Assembly (NCBI GenBank): GCA_035444565.1
Contig: DAOMOX010000001.1
Span: 450,335 to 514,334 of the forward strand
From: Candidatus Dojkabacteria bacterium
GTDB taxonomy: Bacteria > Patescibacteriota > Dojkabacteria > B142 > OLB20
Reading direction: 5' to 3'
DNA length: 64,000 nt
Below are positions 10,965-20,073 of this stretch, in pieces (position 1 is the first letter of the stretch; every line of letters begins with the position of its first letter). Position numbers and translations under genes: made by a program. Below the pieces are notes generated by a model. That model was given only the letters and a program-made list of their open reading frames with translations. It was not told where the DNA came from and did not search any database.

Positions 10965-11438
10965 TTATTGTGCGTGTCTACCCATACCCATTCCGTTTCC
11001 TCTTCCCATACCTTGTCCATTACCTCTTTGGCCGTTCATTGGCATTTCGATGCCTTGTTCTTCTAGCCAGTTTTGGAACTCTTCACGTTCTGCTTGCATT
11101 AGTTCGTGCATTTCGGTTCTTGTTTTACCTTCTGCAAGTAATGCATCTCTTTTAGCCATCATTTCTTCGTGATGTGCCTCAATAACTGCTTTCTGTTCTT
11201 CTGTGATAGTACCATCTTCTACTAAGCCGTTCAATCTTTCTGTATGTCTAGCTTCTCTTTCCTGTGTAAATACATTTTGAACTTCTGTTTTATCTAGATT
11301 GAATTTCTCAGATAGAGTTTCTACCATTGGTGGGTAGGTTTCTGTATCTTGTGCGAATGTTGGCACTGCGACGACTCCAAGAGCTGAGGCTGATACTACA
11401 ACACCTGCACCTAATATTAATAATTTATTTCTATTCAT
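10965..11438 (-). CDS. secreted helical Met/His-rich protein
   Basis: Signal peptide, LVEDGTITEEQ motif, HHEEMM, Gly/Met-rich tail; first gene of the two-component operon. Confidence 0.75.
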   Translation of the reverse strand: MNRNKLLILGAGVVVSASALGVVAVPTFAQDTETYPPMVETLSEKFNLDKTEVQNVFTQEREARHTERLNGLVEDGTITEEQKAVIEAHHEEMMAKRDALLAEGKTRTEMHELMQAEREEFQNWLEEQGIEMPMNGQRGNGQGMGRGNGMGMGRHAQ

Positions 11439-11541
11439 AGTTAAATAATAATAATTTAAATCTTCACTTAAAACGTATGCTTAATATTAGATCATATATT
11501 AATATTAACAAATTAAATACAAACATATATTAGACTTTGTT

Positions 11542-11559
11542 AGGTGAAATCAAGGTGAA
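11542..11559 (-). promoter_or_regulatory. putative OmpR-family binding site
   Basis: AGGTGAA-N4-AGGTGAA direct repeat (11-bp period) upstream of a minus-strand TAATAT element of the two-component operon. Confidence 0.55.
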
Positions 11560-11615
11560 GGTTAATTTTATTTTAATAAACTGCTAAAATCAGACATTAA
11601 TTAATTGCAAATAAC

Positions 11616-12104
11616 ATGAAAGAATATCCATACAAATAAAGACTATTGGCAGGAATAATCGACAGTATGTTAATTTCCTTTATCAATTCGATTTATTTAT
11701 TACCTGCATTGTTCCTCGCTATTTTACCTCTAATCGCACAAATAACTAGCCAAGCTAGTGTTGACCCTGATTTAGTTGATGGAGCAGGTTTTATTGTGTC
11801 CTTTGCATGGTTGATGATGTGGTCCTTAATAATTTTTGTCATAAATACGGCATTCGGAGTTTTCTGGCATGTATATAGACCTGCAAAACATAATGGTCAA
11901 ACATACGGGAAGGAGTGGATGAAAGTTAAGGTTGTAAAAATAGATAACTCAGAGTTGACGATGAAAAGTCTTTTAATTCGATATGTTGCCTAACTTTTCC
12001 TAGCTCAAGCAATTAATATCTTCATGTATATCACTATCTTCATAGACGAAGAGAAAAGAGCAGTTTATGACTTTGTCTCTAACACGAAGGTTGTCCGAGC
12101 GTAA
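11616..12104 (+). pseudogene. RDD family membrane protein with two in-frame TAA stops
   Basis: One frame reads MKEYPYK*RLLAGIID...GQTYGK..MKVKVV...LIRYVA*LFLAQ...KRAVYDFVSNTKVVRA; stops at 11637 and 11991. Confidence 0.75.
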
Positions 12105-12665
12105 TCAATTAATTGCTTCTTTCAAATTTTGGAGCTTGTTCTCGAATAAATCTTTGGCTAATGCAATAAGTGCGAAAATCATTGGTGCAAAAACTATATT
12201 TCCATACAATTGGTTCTTCAAGAATGGTAGGGCATTGATATAGCTGTTTATCAATCCTGAAATTGTGTCTGGATACATTGCTGTGGTGATAACAACACCG
12301 AAATTTGTCCAAAGGTAGAAGATTAATACTGATAATAATGATCCCCCAAGTCCTGCCAAAGCAGGGTATGTTTCCCCTTCTTGTTTGTTAATTTTTGAAA
12401 GTGCGGCCCCAATAAGTGGTGTTAACAAGAATGCGCTCCATGTGAAGATAAAAATTGAGGTGTTCCCGATAACCGCATCAGAAAGTACCATTATCACTAA
12501 AGGTACTATCATCGCTAATTTTTTGTTGTTCATAAAATACCCAGCGCCTAAGGAGGCGATTGTCACGAATTCGACATTTGGACCAATCGTAAAAATTGTA
12601 CGAGTGAGGAATCCTAATGCGATAAAACTGAGAACTAATACCTTGTCGTTATTTGTTATTTTCAT
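12105..12665 (-). CDS. ECF S-component-like membrane protein (DUF6580/BtuM-like), putative cobalamin transporter
   Basis: R....GPNVE, MVLSD..IG, FYLWTNFGV, YINALPF...GN motifs; lies downstream of the B12 riboswitch. Confidence 0.75.
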   Translation of the reverse strand: MKITNNDKVLVLSFIALGFLTRTIFTIGPNVEFVTIASLGAGYFMNNKKLAMIVPLVIMVLSDAVIGNTSIFIFTWSAFLLTPLIGAALSKINKQEGETYPALAGLGGSLLSVLIFYLWTNFGVVITTAMYPDTISGLINSYINALPFLKNQLYGNIVFAPMIFALIALAKDLFENKLQNLKEAIN

Positions 12666-12684
12666 TTTGAAATATTATTTAATA

Positions 12685-13155
12685 TTAGTTAATTGTGTCT
12701 AATTCAAAGGAAACTTTATCGTCTGCTTTGGGTAAGTACTGAGAAATTCCGACCTGACTTAGTTCTCCGTTAATTTTGAATGACCAGAATTTATTATCTG
12801 CGGAAGGATTGTATCCGTTAATCGAAGTGATGAAAAATGCAGTTTCACCATCCATTTCAAATGAGTCAAACTCAATTTTTAAATTTTCGTTCTCATAGAT
12901 GACTTTATTTAAGATTTCATATAGATTCTCACCCTCAGTAAACTCAGCCTCAGTAACAATACTCTGGCCGTTCTGGTCTACGACTGTAATTTCGGTTTTC
13001 TGCATTACTTGTGTGACTTCTTCCTCTTGTTGGGTTTCTTCAGAATTGTTTATTACTTCTTTTGCCTTATCAAAATACGTACAACCTGTAAGTGTGACTA
13101 CAGAAAGTAATAAAATAACTGCTAAGGGGAGTTTTTTAGATAATGTGTCGCGCAT
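12685..13155 (-). CDS. DUF4430 (transcobalamin C-terminal-like) lipoprotein, putative cobalamin-binding protein
   Basis: Lipobox LTGC; FITSING...KFWSFKINGE.SQVGISQY...DDKV. Confidence 0.85.
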   Translation of the reverse strand: MRDTLSKKLPLAVILLLSVVTLTGCTYFDKAKEVINNSEETQQEEEVTQVMQKTEITVVDQNGQSIVTEAEFTEGENLYEILNKVIYENENLKIEFDSFEMDGETAFFITSINGYNPSADNKFWSFKINGELSQVGISQYLPKADDKVSFELDTIN

Positions 13156-13169
13156 TTAAATGCTGTAAA

Positions 13170-13217
13170 AAATAAAAATTCTCCGAGTAGGAGACTTTTT
13201 AAGATTCCTGCTCGGGA
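13170..13217 (-). terminator. terminator/expression platform of the cobalamin riboswitch
   Basis: Minus-strand CCGAGCAGGA...TCCTACTCGG hairpin followed by a U-rich tract before the ATG. Confidence 0.55.
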
Positions 13218-13223
13218 TTGTGG

Positions 13224-13310
13224 TTCTTACCAGGCTCGGACTTTTCAGTAAAGAACTGAATTACCGTAGCGGCACTGTGCAGGATTTTCACCTGACTTCA
13301 CCGATAAGAA
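13224..13310 (-). ncRNA. cobalamin riboswitch (short class II-like)
   Basis: Minus strand TTCTTATCGGTGAAGTCAGGTGAAAATCCTGCACAGTGCCGCTACGGTAA...AAGTCCGAGCCTGGTAAGAA: T-loop hairpin, TACGG/CCGA core and closing stem; upstream of DUF4430. Confidence 0.85.
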
Positions 13311-13314
13311 TTTT

Positions 13315-13344
13315 AGTCTAGCAAACCCGAGCGAAGATAGTCAA
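13315..13344 (-). promoter_or_regulatory. sigma70 promoter for the riboswitch transcript
   Basis: TTGACT-18 bp-TAGACT with TGn extension, about 5 nt before the aptamer. Confidence 0.65.
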
Positions 13345-13418
13345 ACTTATCTTTTAAGATTCGAATAAATGTGGTTGAGTTTCGTGTACTAGCTTATTCT
13401 ATTCTAACGGATGATTGT

Positions 13419-13679
13419 CTACTCTATATTACCTTGCTCTAAAGCGTTGCCGGTATAACCTATTGCTCCAGCTGTTATCAGGAGTCCTGCGGCAGAAGCC
13501 GCTATAGGGACGGGATTGTCAGTGAATATTGTAAGTGCTAAATTGCCGACTCCAATTAAAAGAGCCACGCCCAGTTCTTTTGTAAGACGAAGTCTTCTTT
13601 CTTTGCATATTTTCATGGCTTCGACACATCCAATGATGAGACCAGAAGCTGCGCCAACAATTTCAGGTAAATTCTCCAT
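13419..13679 (-). CDS. small hypothetical membrane protein
   Basis: 86-aa hydrophobic ORF directly after the rhodanese gene. Confidence 0.5.
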   Translation of the reverse strand: MENLPEIVGAASGLIIGCVEAMKICKERRLRLTKELGVALLIGVGNLALTIFTDNPVPIAASAAGLLITAGAIGYTGNALEQGNIE

Positions 13680-13689
13680 TATAATAATT

Positions 13690-14013
13690 TTAATTATTTA
13701 AAACCTCCCAAGCAATAATCCCACCTTTCAAGTCATAGACTTCTTTGAAACCAATTGTTTTCATAATGTCTAAGACTGCTTTCGTACGACTGCCAGTTCT
13801 GCAGTATATGAAATAAGGGTGGTTTTTGTCTAGGTTTTCGAGTTGTTTTTCAAAATCCACTGAATAAAAATCAAAATTGATAGATCCATGTAGATGTTGT
13901 TCAGCGTATTCGCCTGGAGTCCGGATATCAATAAGAGTCCCTTTACGGTCTTCGTGCATCGCTAGAAATGTCTTTGGATCAAGCGAAGAAAAGTTAAGTG
14001 ATGAAGTAATCAT
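13690..14013 (-). CDS. rhodanese-like domain protein
   Basis: LIDIRTPGEY...H, YCRTGSR, LKGGIIAW. Confidence 0.92.
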   Translation of the reverse strand: MITSSLNFSSLDPKTFLAMHEDRKGTLIDIRTPGEYAEQHLHGSINFDFYSVDFEKQLENLDKNHPYFIYCRTGSRTKAVLDIMKTIGFKEVYDLKGGIIAWEVLNN

Positions 14014-14041
14014 AATAAAAAATTTATTTAATTAATTGAAA

Positions 14042-14965
14042 TTATTGACTGTTTACTTGTTGGCTTTGTGAGTTACTGGCGTTACGTTTCTTTAACCTCA
14101 GAAGCCAGCCATAGGTGTGGACTGAGACTACTGCGATAATAGTTACCCAGAAAGTTGTTTGCATAGAAGTCGGTTGCAGTACGAAATAACCTTTCCATGC
14201 GTGAAAGATTACTGAGAGATAGGCGAGATAGACGAGATAATGAAGCTGTTTCCAGGCATTTACTCTCAGAAATAACTTTGCAGGGAGACTCCATGGCGCT
14301 ATCAATACCCAAAAGATTACAAAACCAGTGAAGATTACATAATGTAAGGTTTCGAGATTTAATATTCCTAGAGCACTCATTCCCACTGTATATGCAATGT
14401 AGAATAAGAGTAATCCCGTATGAATCAAGTTGTAATATTTTGTTGGGAGTTTTGTCTGGAAGTAATTTGTCGAAGTAAATGCTAATGCTGATAATATAAT
14501 TAATGCAGTAGTGCCAAAGTAATTCGCACTAACCGAATATATTAATTCAGGATTAAATTCATAATATTTCGAAATTACAAAATTTGCATGAATAAAAGCC
14601 AGAAGGAAAGTTGCAACGCCTACATGTCTTCTATGTCTGAATAACGGTGCAAAACGTTTGTTTATTCGTGTCAATGGTCCGATAACAAGTGTGATTTGTA
14701 AAAATGTAAACGCTGTGAATGCTGTAGCTTGAACTATATGTCTGGTGTCATCGAGATTGGGATACATTAATTGATGAAGGAGAACATTGCCTGCAACTAA
14801 GAGAAGAAGAATCATATTAACCCAATTTCTAGCTAATAGGCTTAGTAAGAGTAGTGCACCTAAAAGTATCCAGAAAACAACCAGAGTCGGAAAGAGGATT
14901 GGAGCAAGTAAAGCATAGAAGAGGCAAAGTGTAATTGTTGTGTAAACCTGGATTTTCTTATTCAT
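14042..14965 (-). CDS. ferric reductase-like heme membrane protein (MsrQ/YedZ-like)
   Basis: RRHVGV..F....H, LAFTS, WKQLHYLVY......H. Confidence 0.8.
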   Translation of the reverse strand: MNKKIQVYTTITLCLFYALLAPILFPTLVVFWILLGALLLLSLLARNWVNMILLLLVAGNVLLHQLMYPNLDDTRHIVQATAFTAFTFLQITLVIGPLTRINKRFAPLFRHRRHVGVATFLLAFIHANFVISKYYEFNPELIYSVSANYFGTTALIILSALAFTSTNYFQTKLPTKYYNLIHTGLLLFYIAYTVGMSALGILNLETLHYVIFTGFVIFWVLIAPWSLPAKLFLRVNAWKQLHYLVYLAYLSVIFHAWKGYFVLQPTSMQTTFWVTIIAVVSVHTYGWLLRLKKRNASNSQSQQVNSQ

Positions 14966-15160
14966 CTGATAATTGTTGTTATAAAAGTCTTTTTTTGTCG
15001 ATTACTTGGTATCAGTCAAAATGGTCTAACTATGATAATACATTCTCACTTTTTAGGGTAGTGAAAACAAGTGTATTAAAATAAATAATACACTTGAGAC
15101 AGTTTGTATCTCTTAGTTTCAGTTTGAAATTCTTAGCCGGCTTTTCAGATATCTCTTGGA

Positions 15161-15655
15161 TTAAGTTTGATAGAGTTCTGGTTTTAACCATTCATATTGT
15201 TTCTTGTTGTAAGCATATTTTTCAAAGTTGAATTTCGTCAATTTTGGATCTGGTTTCGAACGTAAGTATTGTTCGATAAATTCTTTACTCAAATTTTCGT
15301 CAACATTCTCTGCCAGTTCAAAAAAGTTTTCATTAAGTAATGTTATTCGTGAGTCAATTTGGGGAATATCATTATCAGTGGATTTATTTATCAATGAGAG
15401 TTTTAGGTAGGGTTTCTGTTTAAAAGATTGGATTTCTATGTAATTAACCGAACTGTTGTATCGATTACTACTTGTAGCAATCAGCCCGAAAATGTTGTCT
15501 TCGTAACTCGTCCAGACACGGATAACATCATTATGATTGATCTCGTTACCAAATATCTTCACACCTGCTGACAAATCCTCTTTCACTTTTGACATTAACA
15601 AAGAAATATCTGGCTTTGAAATTATTTTATTGTTTGAGCTTTGAAGATCCATCAT
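15161..15655 (-). CDS. hypothetical protein
   Basis: 164-aa ORF overlapping the LCP gene stop. Confidence 0.55.
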   Translation of the reverse strand: MMDLQSSNNKIISKPDISLLMSKVKEDLSAGVKIFGNEINHNDVIRVWTSYEDNIFGLIATSSNRYNSSVNYIEIQSFKQKPYLKLSLINKSTDNDIPQIDSRITLLNENFFELAENVDENLSKEFIEQYLRSKPDPKLTKFNFEKYAYNKKQYEWLKPELYQT

Positions 15656-17142
15656 TGAGGTGAGGGAAGAAGTATAGTGAAGTCTTCTTTGTTCAACCTA
15701 TATCTTTGGTAAGGCTTACCATCTACAATATTAGTACTTAAGTTCTCCGAGAGATACTGACGAGTAGCGGGTAACTCACCATCAGAGAAATCTAAGATAA
15801 TTATTGAGTTTTGATCTTTAAACTCTTTGGAAAGAGTTACGAGATACTTACTGTTAGTAATTCTAAGCGGAGGTTCATTGGATGAGAAGTCAACGAACTT
15901 GGGATAATCGAAATATAATTTACCTTTTAGATTTGCAGTACCGTATGCAAAAACTTCAGCATTTTCTTCATAAACGACAGGGTTCCCAATAATGCTTTTA
16001 ATTAATTCTTGAATTCTACAAAATTCATTTCCCGGGCAGTCTTTCCAATGAGTAGGAACCATATAATATGGACCACCAGGTCTATCGTGTGGCTGTTTAT
16101 TTAAATATTTCTCACTACCTCCAATCTCGGGATCGAGCACAATATTAATAACCTTGTCTAATTCAAACTTCTCAATTAGTTTAGTGCCGGCAAGGATTTC
16201 TTTGACTGTTAATTCGCTAACAAGTGTTTTTTCGCGATAAATTTTGTAGAGGTCTGTGAGTTTATTCGGATCAAGCAATGTCTCAGAAGTTAGTGCTCTA
16301 TTTAATACGGCTTCAATCACAATTTGTTGTCTACGTGCTCGACCAAAATCTGAGGTAAGTTGTCTGACTCGAACGTATTTTAAGGCATCTTCACTACTCA
16401 GAAATATTTTGCCTTTCTTGAAATAAACATTTTCCCAACCGTAATCATTGAAAGGGTATACATCCCAAACATCTGCTGGATTATCCACGAAAATACCGAC
16501 TTCACCTGTTTCTGGGTTAGTTTCTCCGACTGTTTCTATTGCCTCCACAAAACTGTCCAATGTAACGAAGATATGGTACTGGATTGGGATTCCTGTTACA
16601 GAGGTGACTGTATCTTTCAATTCTTCAATTCCACGACCAGGGCAGTTTGCATTTTCAGTTTTATCATAAATCCAGTGTATGCTACCGCTAAATTTGAGAC
16701 ATTCTTCCCTGAAATCTACACCCAAATCTCTAGGAATACTTATCATAGTAAGTTTTTCAGTTTCGTGGTCGTAAACCACTTGAATAATTGTGTCTATATT
16801 ACGAGTTCCTGCTTGACCTTTAGGGTCTGTACTTTTAAACTCACCATCTTCAAATATTATGTCTCGAGTGTCTACTCCAGCAATTAATACCGAAGTTACC
16901 TTATTATCATTTTTCAACTCTAAATCAACAAATTTATCTACAAATTGAGTCCCTGTAGATATTGCACGAATTAAACTGCTTCTAGAAAATAATTCTGCAC
17001 CAGAAAAGAAAAAGTAATCAACCAAGAAAAACATCCCAAACATTATTACGAAGAGGAAGGGATAGAGTATGAATTTGGCTCTTTTCCTTAGACGTTTCTT
17101 GGGCTGATTTTTTTGCACTTTATTAATTTCGACTTTATACAC
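15652..17142 (-). CDS. LCP (LytR-CpsA-Psr) family protein
   Basis: LIAGVD, R.DTI, ISIPRDL, ALKYVRVR..SDFGRARRQQ. Confidence 0.92.
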   Translation of the reverse strand: MYKVEINKVQKNQPKKRLRKRAKFILYPFLFVIMFGMFFLVDYFFFSGAELFSRSSLIRAISTGTQFVDKFVDLELKNDNKVTSVLIAGVDTRDIIFEDGEFKSTDPKGQAGTRNIDTIIQVVYDHETEKLTMISIPRDLGVDFREECLKFSGSIHWIYDKTENANCPGRGIEELKDTVTSVTGIPIQYHIFVTLDSFVEAIETVGETNPETGEVGIFVDNPADVWDVYPFNDYGWENVYFKKGKIFLSSEDALKYVRVRQLTSDFGRARRQQIVIEAVLNRALTSETLLDPNKLTDLYKIYREKTLVSELTVKEILAGTKLIEKFELDKVINIVLDPEIGGSEKYLNKQPHDRPGGPYYMVPTHWKDCPGNEFCRIQELIKSIIGNPVVYEENAEVFAYGTANLKGKLYFDYPKFVDFSSNEPPLRITNSKYLVTLSKEFKDQNSIIILDFSDGELPATRQYLSENLSTNIVDGKPYQRYRLNKEDFTILLPSPQ

Positions 17143-17195
17143 AGGAATAGTGCTTATGTAATAGCTTGGATAATTACTCTATCATAGCGAGTGAA

Positions 17196-17636
17196 TCAAT
17201 CCAACTCTTTAGTTTTTCGCAGATGATTTACAAGAATTGCAACAGCTGCACTAATTAGTACAATATTTTTAATAATATACTGTCCCTCAAGCGAGAATCC
17301 GTAGGGAAATTTTGTAAATACTGTATCGGTCAGTGTAATAAATGGAGTAAATGTGCCTCCCATATGGAGTATAAATATCCAAAAAGTAATTTTCGTTAGT
17401 CTTGGGATTAGAAACATAATCCCCAAAACTGTTTCCCAAACTCCTAAAAAGATAAAAAATGGCTCTCTCGGAAGGAAATAAATTGAATTTGCTACCAAAT
17501 CTGCAGCTGGACTTGAGTCGAATGGTTTTAGAATACCAAACCAAATGTAAATGATGGCGATCGAAATCCTCAGAAACCAATCCGAATAATTATTAAAAAT
17601 TGTATAAACCTTTTGTTCAACGGAATGTAGATTCAT
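17196..17636 (-). CDS. DoxX/DUF417-like membrane protein
   Basis: LRISIAIIYIWFGILK, SPA, HMGGTF, LEGQYIIKNIVL; start at MNLHS. Confidence 0.8.
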   Translation of the reverse strand: MNLHSVEQKVYTIFNNYSDWFLRISIAIIYIWFGILKPFDSSPAADLVANSIYFLPREPFFIFLGVWETVLGIMFLIPRLTKITFWIFILHMGGTFTPFITLTDTVFTKFPYGFSLEGQYIIKNIVLISAAVAILVNHLRKTKELD

Positions 17637-17822
17637 TTTTCTGAGTAATAAGTTAGAACAAATTATAATAATAATTAGCTTTAATGTTAAGTTTTTTGAA
17701 AGTGAGATTCTAAATACTTTGTTACGATTCATTGGAGAAAATAAAACTAGCAATTACTAATATTTACTACTCCAATTCCTTGTGTTAGGATAAATTAAAC
17801 AATTAATTATTACCCCAATTCA

Positions 17823-19070
17823 ATGTTAAGAAGATTTTTCACCGTTCTCACTGGAGGATTGTTTTTGTTTATAGTATTTCCTTTCGGTAACGTAGATGCG
17901 CTTGTTATCGAGAGCGTAAAAGATGATACTCAAATCGTAGTTACAAATGATGTTGATGATGATTTGTTGTTAAAGGGTGAAGGTATGATCACTGTCTATG
18001 GGGATGTGAACGGTGATTTAATAATTCTAGGAGAAACAGTAAAAGTAACTGGTGATGTAGAAGGGAATGTTTATATTTTCGGAAGTACAGTAACCATAGA
18101 AAGTATTGTTGGTAAGAGTGTATACGTAATTAGTGGTACTACTTTTTTGAATGGTGAAGTTTATAGAGATGTATATCTAATGGGTGGAAGTGTTCATTTG
18201 AGTGGCCCAGTTAAAGAAGATGTAATCATTGCAGGAGGAGATGTTTATGTTCAAGGTGAAGTAGGAGACGACATAAGAGCTTTTACAGGAACAATGCGAG
18301 TTAATACTACTGTAGGTGGAGATATTGTCTCTGCTAGTGGAAATACAATTATTGGAGGAACGGTTCAAGGTAGTGTGATTTCTACTGGAGCAACTGATTT
18401 GCAAGATTCTATTGTTGAAGGAGATTTTGTCGCTTACACTGACAAAAATGATGTTGTTAAATATTCTGAAAGTACAATACAAGGAGAGCGTTCAATCAAA
18501 GGATATGAGCAGTTTGGGGAGTTCTTTAAAACTAACAATACTTCTATCACAAGCACCTTAATTGAAGATATTTGGACAAAAACATTCTGGTCTATGTTTC
18601 AATGTGTCGGAGCTGTGATTTTAGGGTATCTGCTTTTCAAATTTGCCCCAGTTAGACTCGAGAATACATTGGCAAAGATGAATGACACTCAGGAAGTCCT
18701 TAAAAGTTTCTTGATTGGATTCTTCGCTTTCCCTGTCGGAATATTCATAGTTATCTTCTTAGCATTATCTATAATTGGTTGGCCTATCCTGAAAGTAATA
18801 GTATTGCTAGCATTGCTTGCGATTTCTGTGGTGACACCCATCGCTGGAATCATTTTGGGAAGAAAAATTCTACCATTAATTGGTAGTAAGAGAAGATATG
18901 TAATTCCATTAACTCTGGGTGTTGTGATAATTCAAATCATCAGTACAATCCCTATTCTTGGATGGTTTTTCTATCAGAGTGTCGTATTTGTTGTAATTGG
19001 AGCAATGCTTCGTATGCAGTGGGGTAAATACCAAATTGCACAGAAGATGACGGTAAAGGTAACAAAGTAA
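17823..19070 (+). CDS. polymer-forming cytoskeletal (bactofilin-like beta-helix) membrane protein
   Basis: Repeated V.G.V.GD/NV units followed by a multi-TM C-terminus. Confidence 0.8.
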   Translation: MLRRFFTVLTGGLFLFIVFPFGNVDALVIESVKDDTQIVVTNDVDDDLLLKGEGMITVYGDVNGDLIILGETVKVTGDVEGNVYIFGSTVTIESIVGKSVYVISGTTFLNGEVYRDVYLMGGSVHLSGPVKEDVIIAGGDVYVQGEVGDDIRAFTGTMRVNTTVGGDIVSASGNTIIGGTVQGSVISTGATDLQDSIVEGDFVAYTDKNDVVKYSESTIQGERSIKGYEQFGEFFKTNNTSITSTLIEDIWTKTFWSMFQCVGAVILGYLLFKFAPVRLENTLAKMNDTQEVLKSFLIGFFAFPVGIFIVIFLALSIIGWPILKVIVLLALLAISVVTPIAGIILGRKILPLIGSKRRYVIPLTLGVVIIQIISTIPILGWFFYQSVVFVVIGAMLRMQWGKYQIAQKMTVKVTK

Positions 19071-19142
19071 GTATTCAAATTGAACACAAGAGAGCAGGCT
19101 AAAATCTGTTATGAATTTTTGTTGCCTGTTATCTTCCGCTAA

Positions 19143-19658
19143 TTATTTGTTTTCCACCAACTTCATCAACTCATAGCAGACCATCACATCATTTAGTGCT
19201 CTATGGGATTGTAGCTCGAGTCCGAGATATTCTTTAATAGTGGTTAATCGGAAATTAGTAATCGGAAGATTTGACCTCCTCGCAACTTGCACAGTACATA
19301 GTTTTGGGTTATCTAATTCGGGAATCTCATACCGACCAAATTCTGCATTCAGAAAACGATAGTCGAAATTTACATTGTGTGCTACAAATGTACTATGACC
19401 AATAAAATCCTTTACCTCTTTAAAAACTTCTTCTGGTTCACGCCCGTCGTTATTTAAGTCTTGTTTGGTAATTCCAGTAATTTGTGTGATCAAAGAGGGG
19501 ACATCCCCAGGAATGTTAATCAAAGTTGAATATTCTGAAACAATCTTCCCTTTGGAAACTTTGATTGCAGCAACTTCTATGACTCTATGGTAGTTGCAAT
19601 TTAATCCGGTGGTTTCTGTATCGATTATTACCAAATCATCCATTAGACTTCCTTTCAA
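19143..19658 (-). CDS. DEDDh 3'-5' exonuclease (DNA Pol III epsilon-like)
   Basis: DTETTG, AHNVNFD, HRALND. Confidence 0.92.
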   Translation of the reverse strand: MKGSLMDDLVIIDTETTGLNCNYHRVIEVAAIKVSKGKIVSEYSTLINIPGDVPSLITQITGITKQDLNNDGREPEEVFKEVKDFIGHSTFVAHNVNFDYRFLNAEFGRYEIPELDNPKLCTVQVARRSNLPITNFRLTTIKEYLGLELQSHRALNDVMVCYELMKLVENK

Positions 19659-20040
19659 TCATGATACAGGCATCATGAATACTTTTAATGTCATTTGTTT
19701 CGCAATATTCGAGCGCTTCGGGGCTCTCACTTCCAGGCTGAAACCAGACATTTTTAATTCCTAACTCATTAACTTCTTTCAGGACCTCTAAAGTGACATG
19801 TGGTGGAACTACAAAAATAACTACATCAATTTTTTCATTAATATCTGACAATTGTGTGTAGACTTTGTGACCTAATATTTCGGTCTCGTTGGGATTTACA
19901 GGGTAAACATCATAACCTGCACTTGTTAAGTCCTTGAAAACCCTGTGTCCATATTTTTCCGGATTTTTCGAGACACCGATAACAGCATAAATATTCTTTT
20001 TGTCTATAAGTGAGTGCATTTCTTGAGTATTGAATATCAT
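19636..20040 (-). CDS. CoA-binding protein (YccU-like)
   Basis: AVIGVS.NPEKYG, YPVNP, WFQPG, C...ACI; start at MIFNT. Confidence 0.88.
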   Translation of the reverse strand: MIFNTQEMHSLIDKKNIYAVIGVSKNPEKYGHRVFKDLTSAGYDVYPVNPNETEILGHKVYTQLSDINEKIDVVIFVVPPHVTLEVLKEVNELGIKNVWFQPGSESPEALEYCETNDIKSIHDACIMIERKSNG

Positions 20041-20073
20041 TATTATACAGTATAAGTATATTAAAAATTTCTT

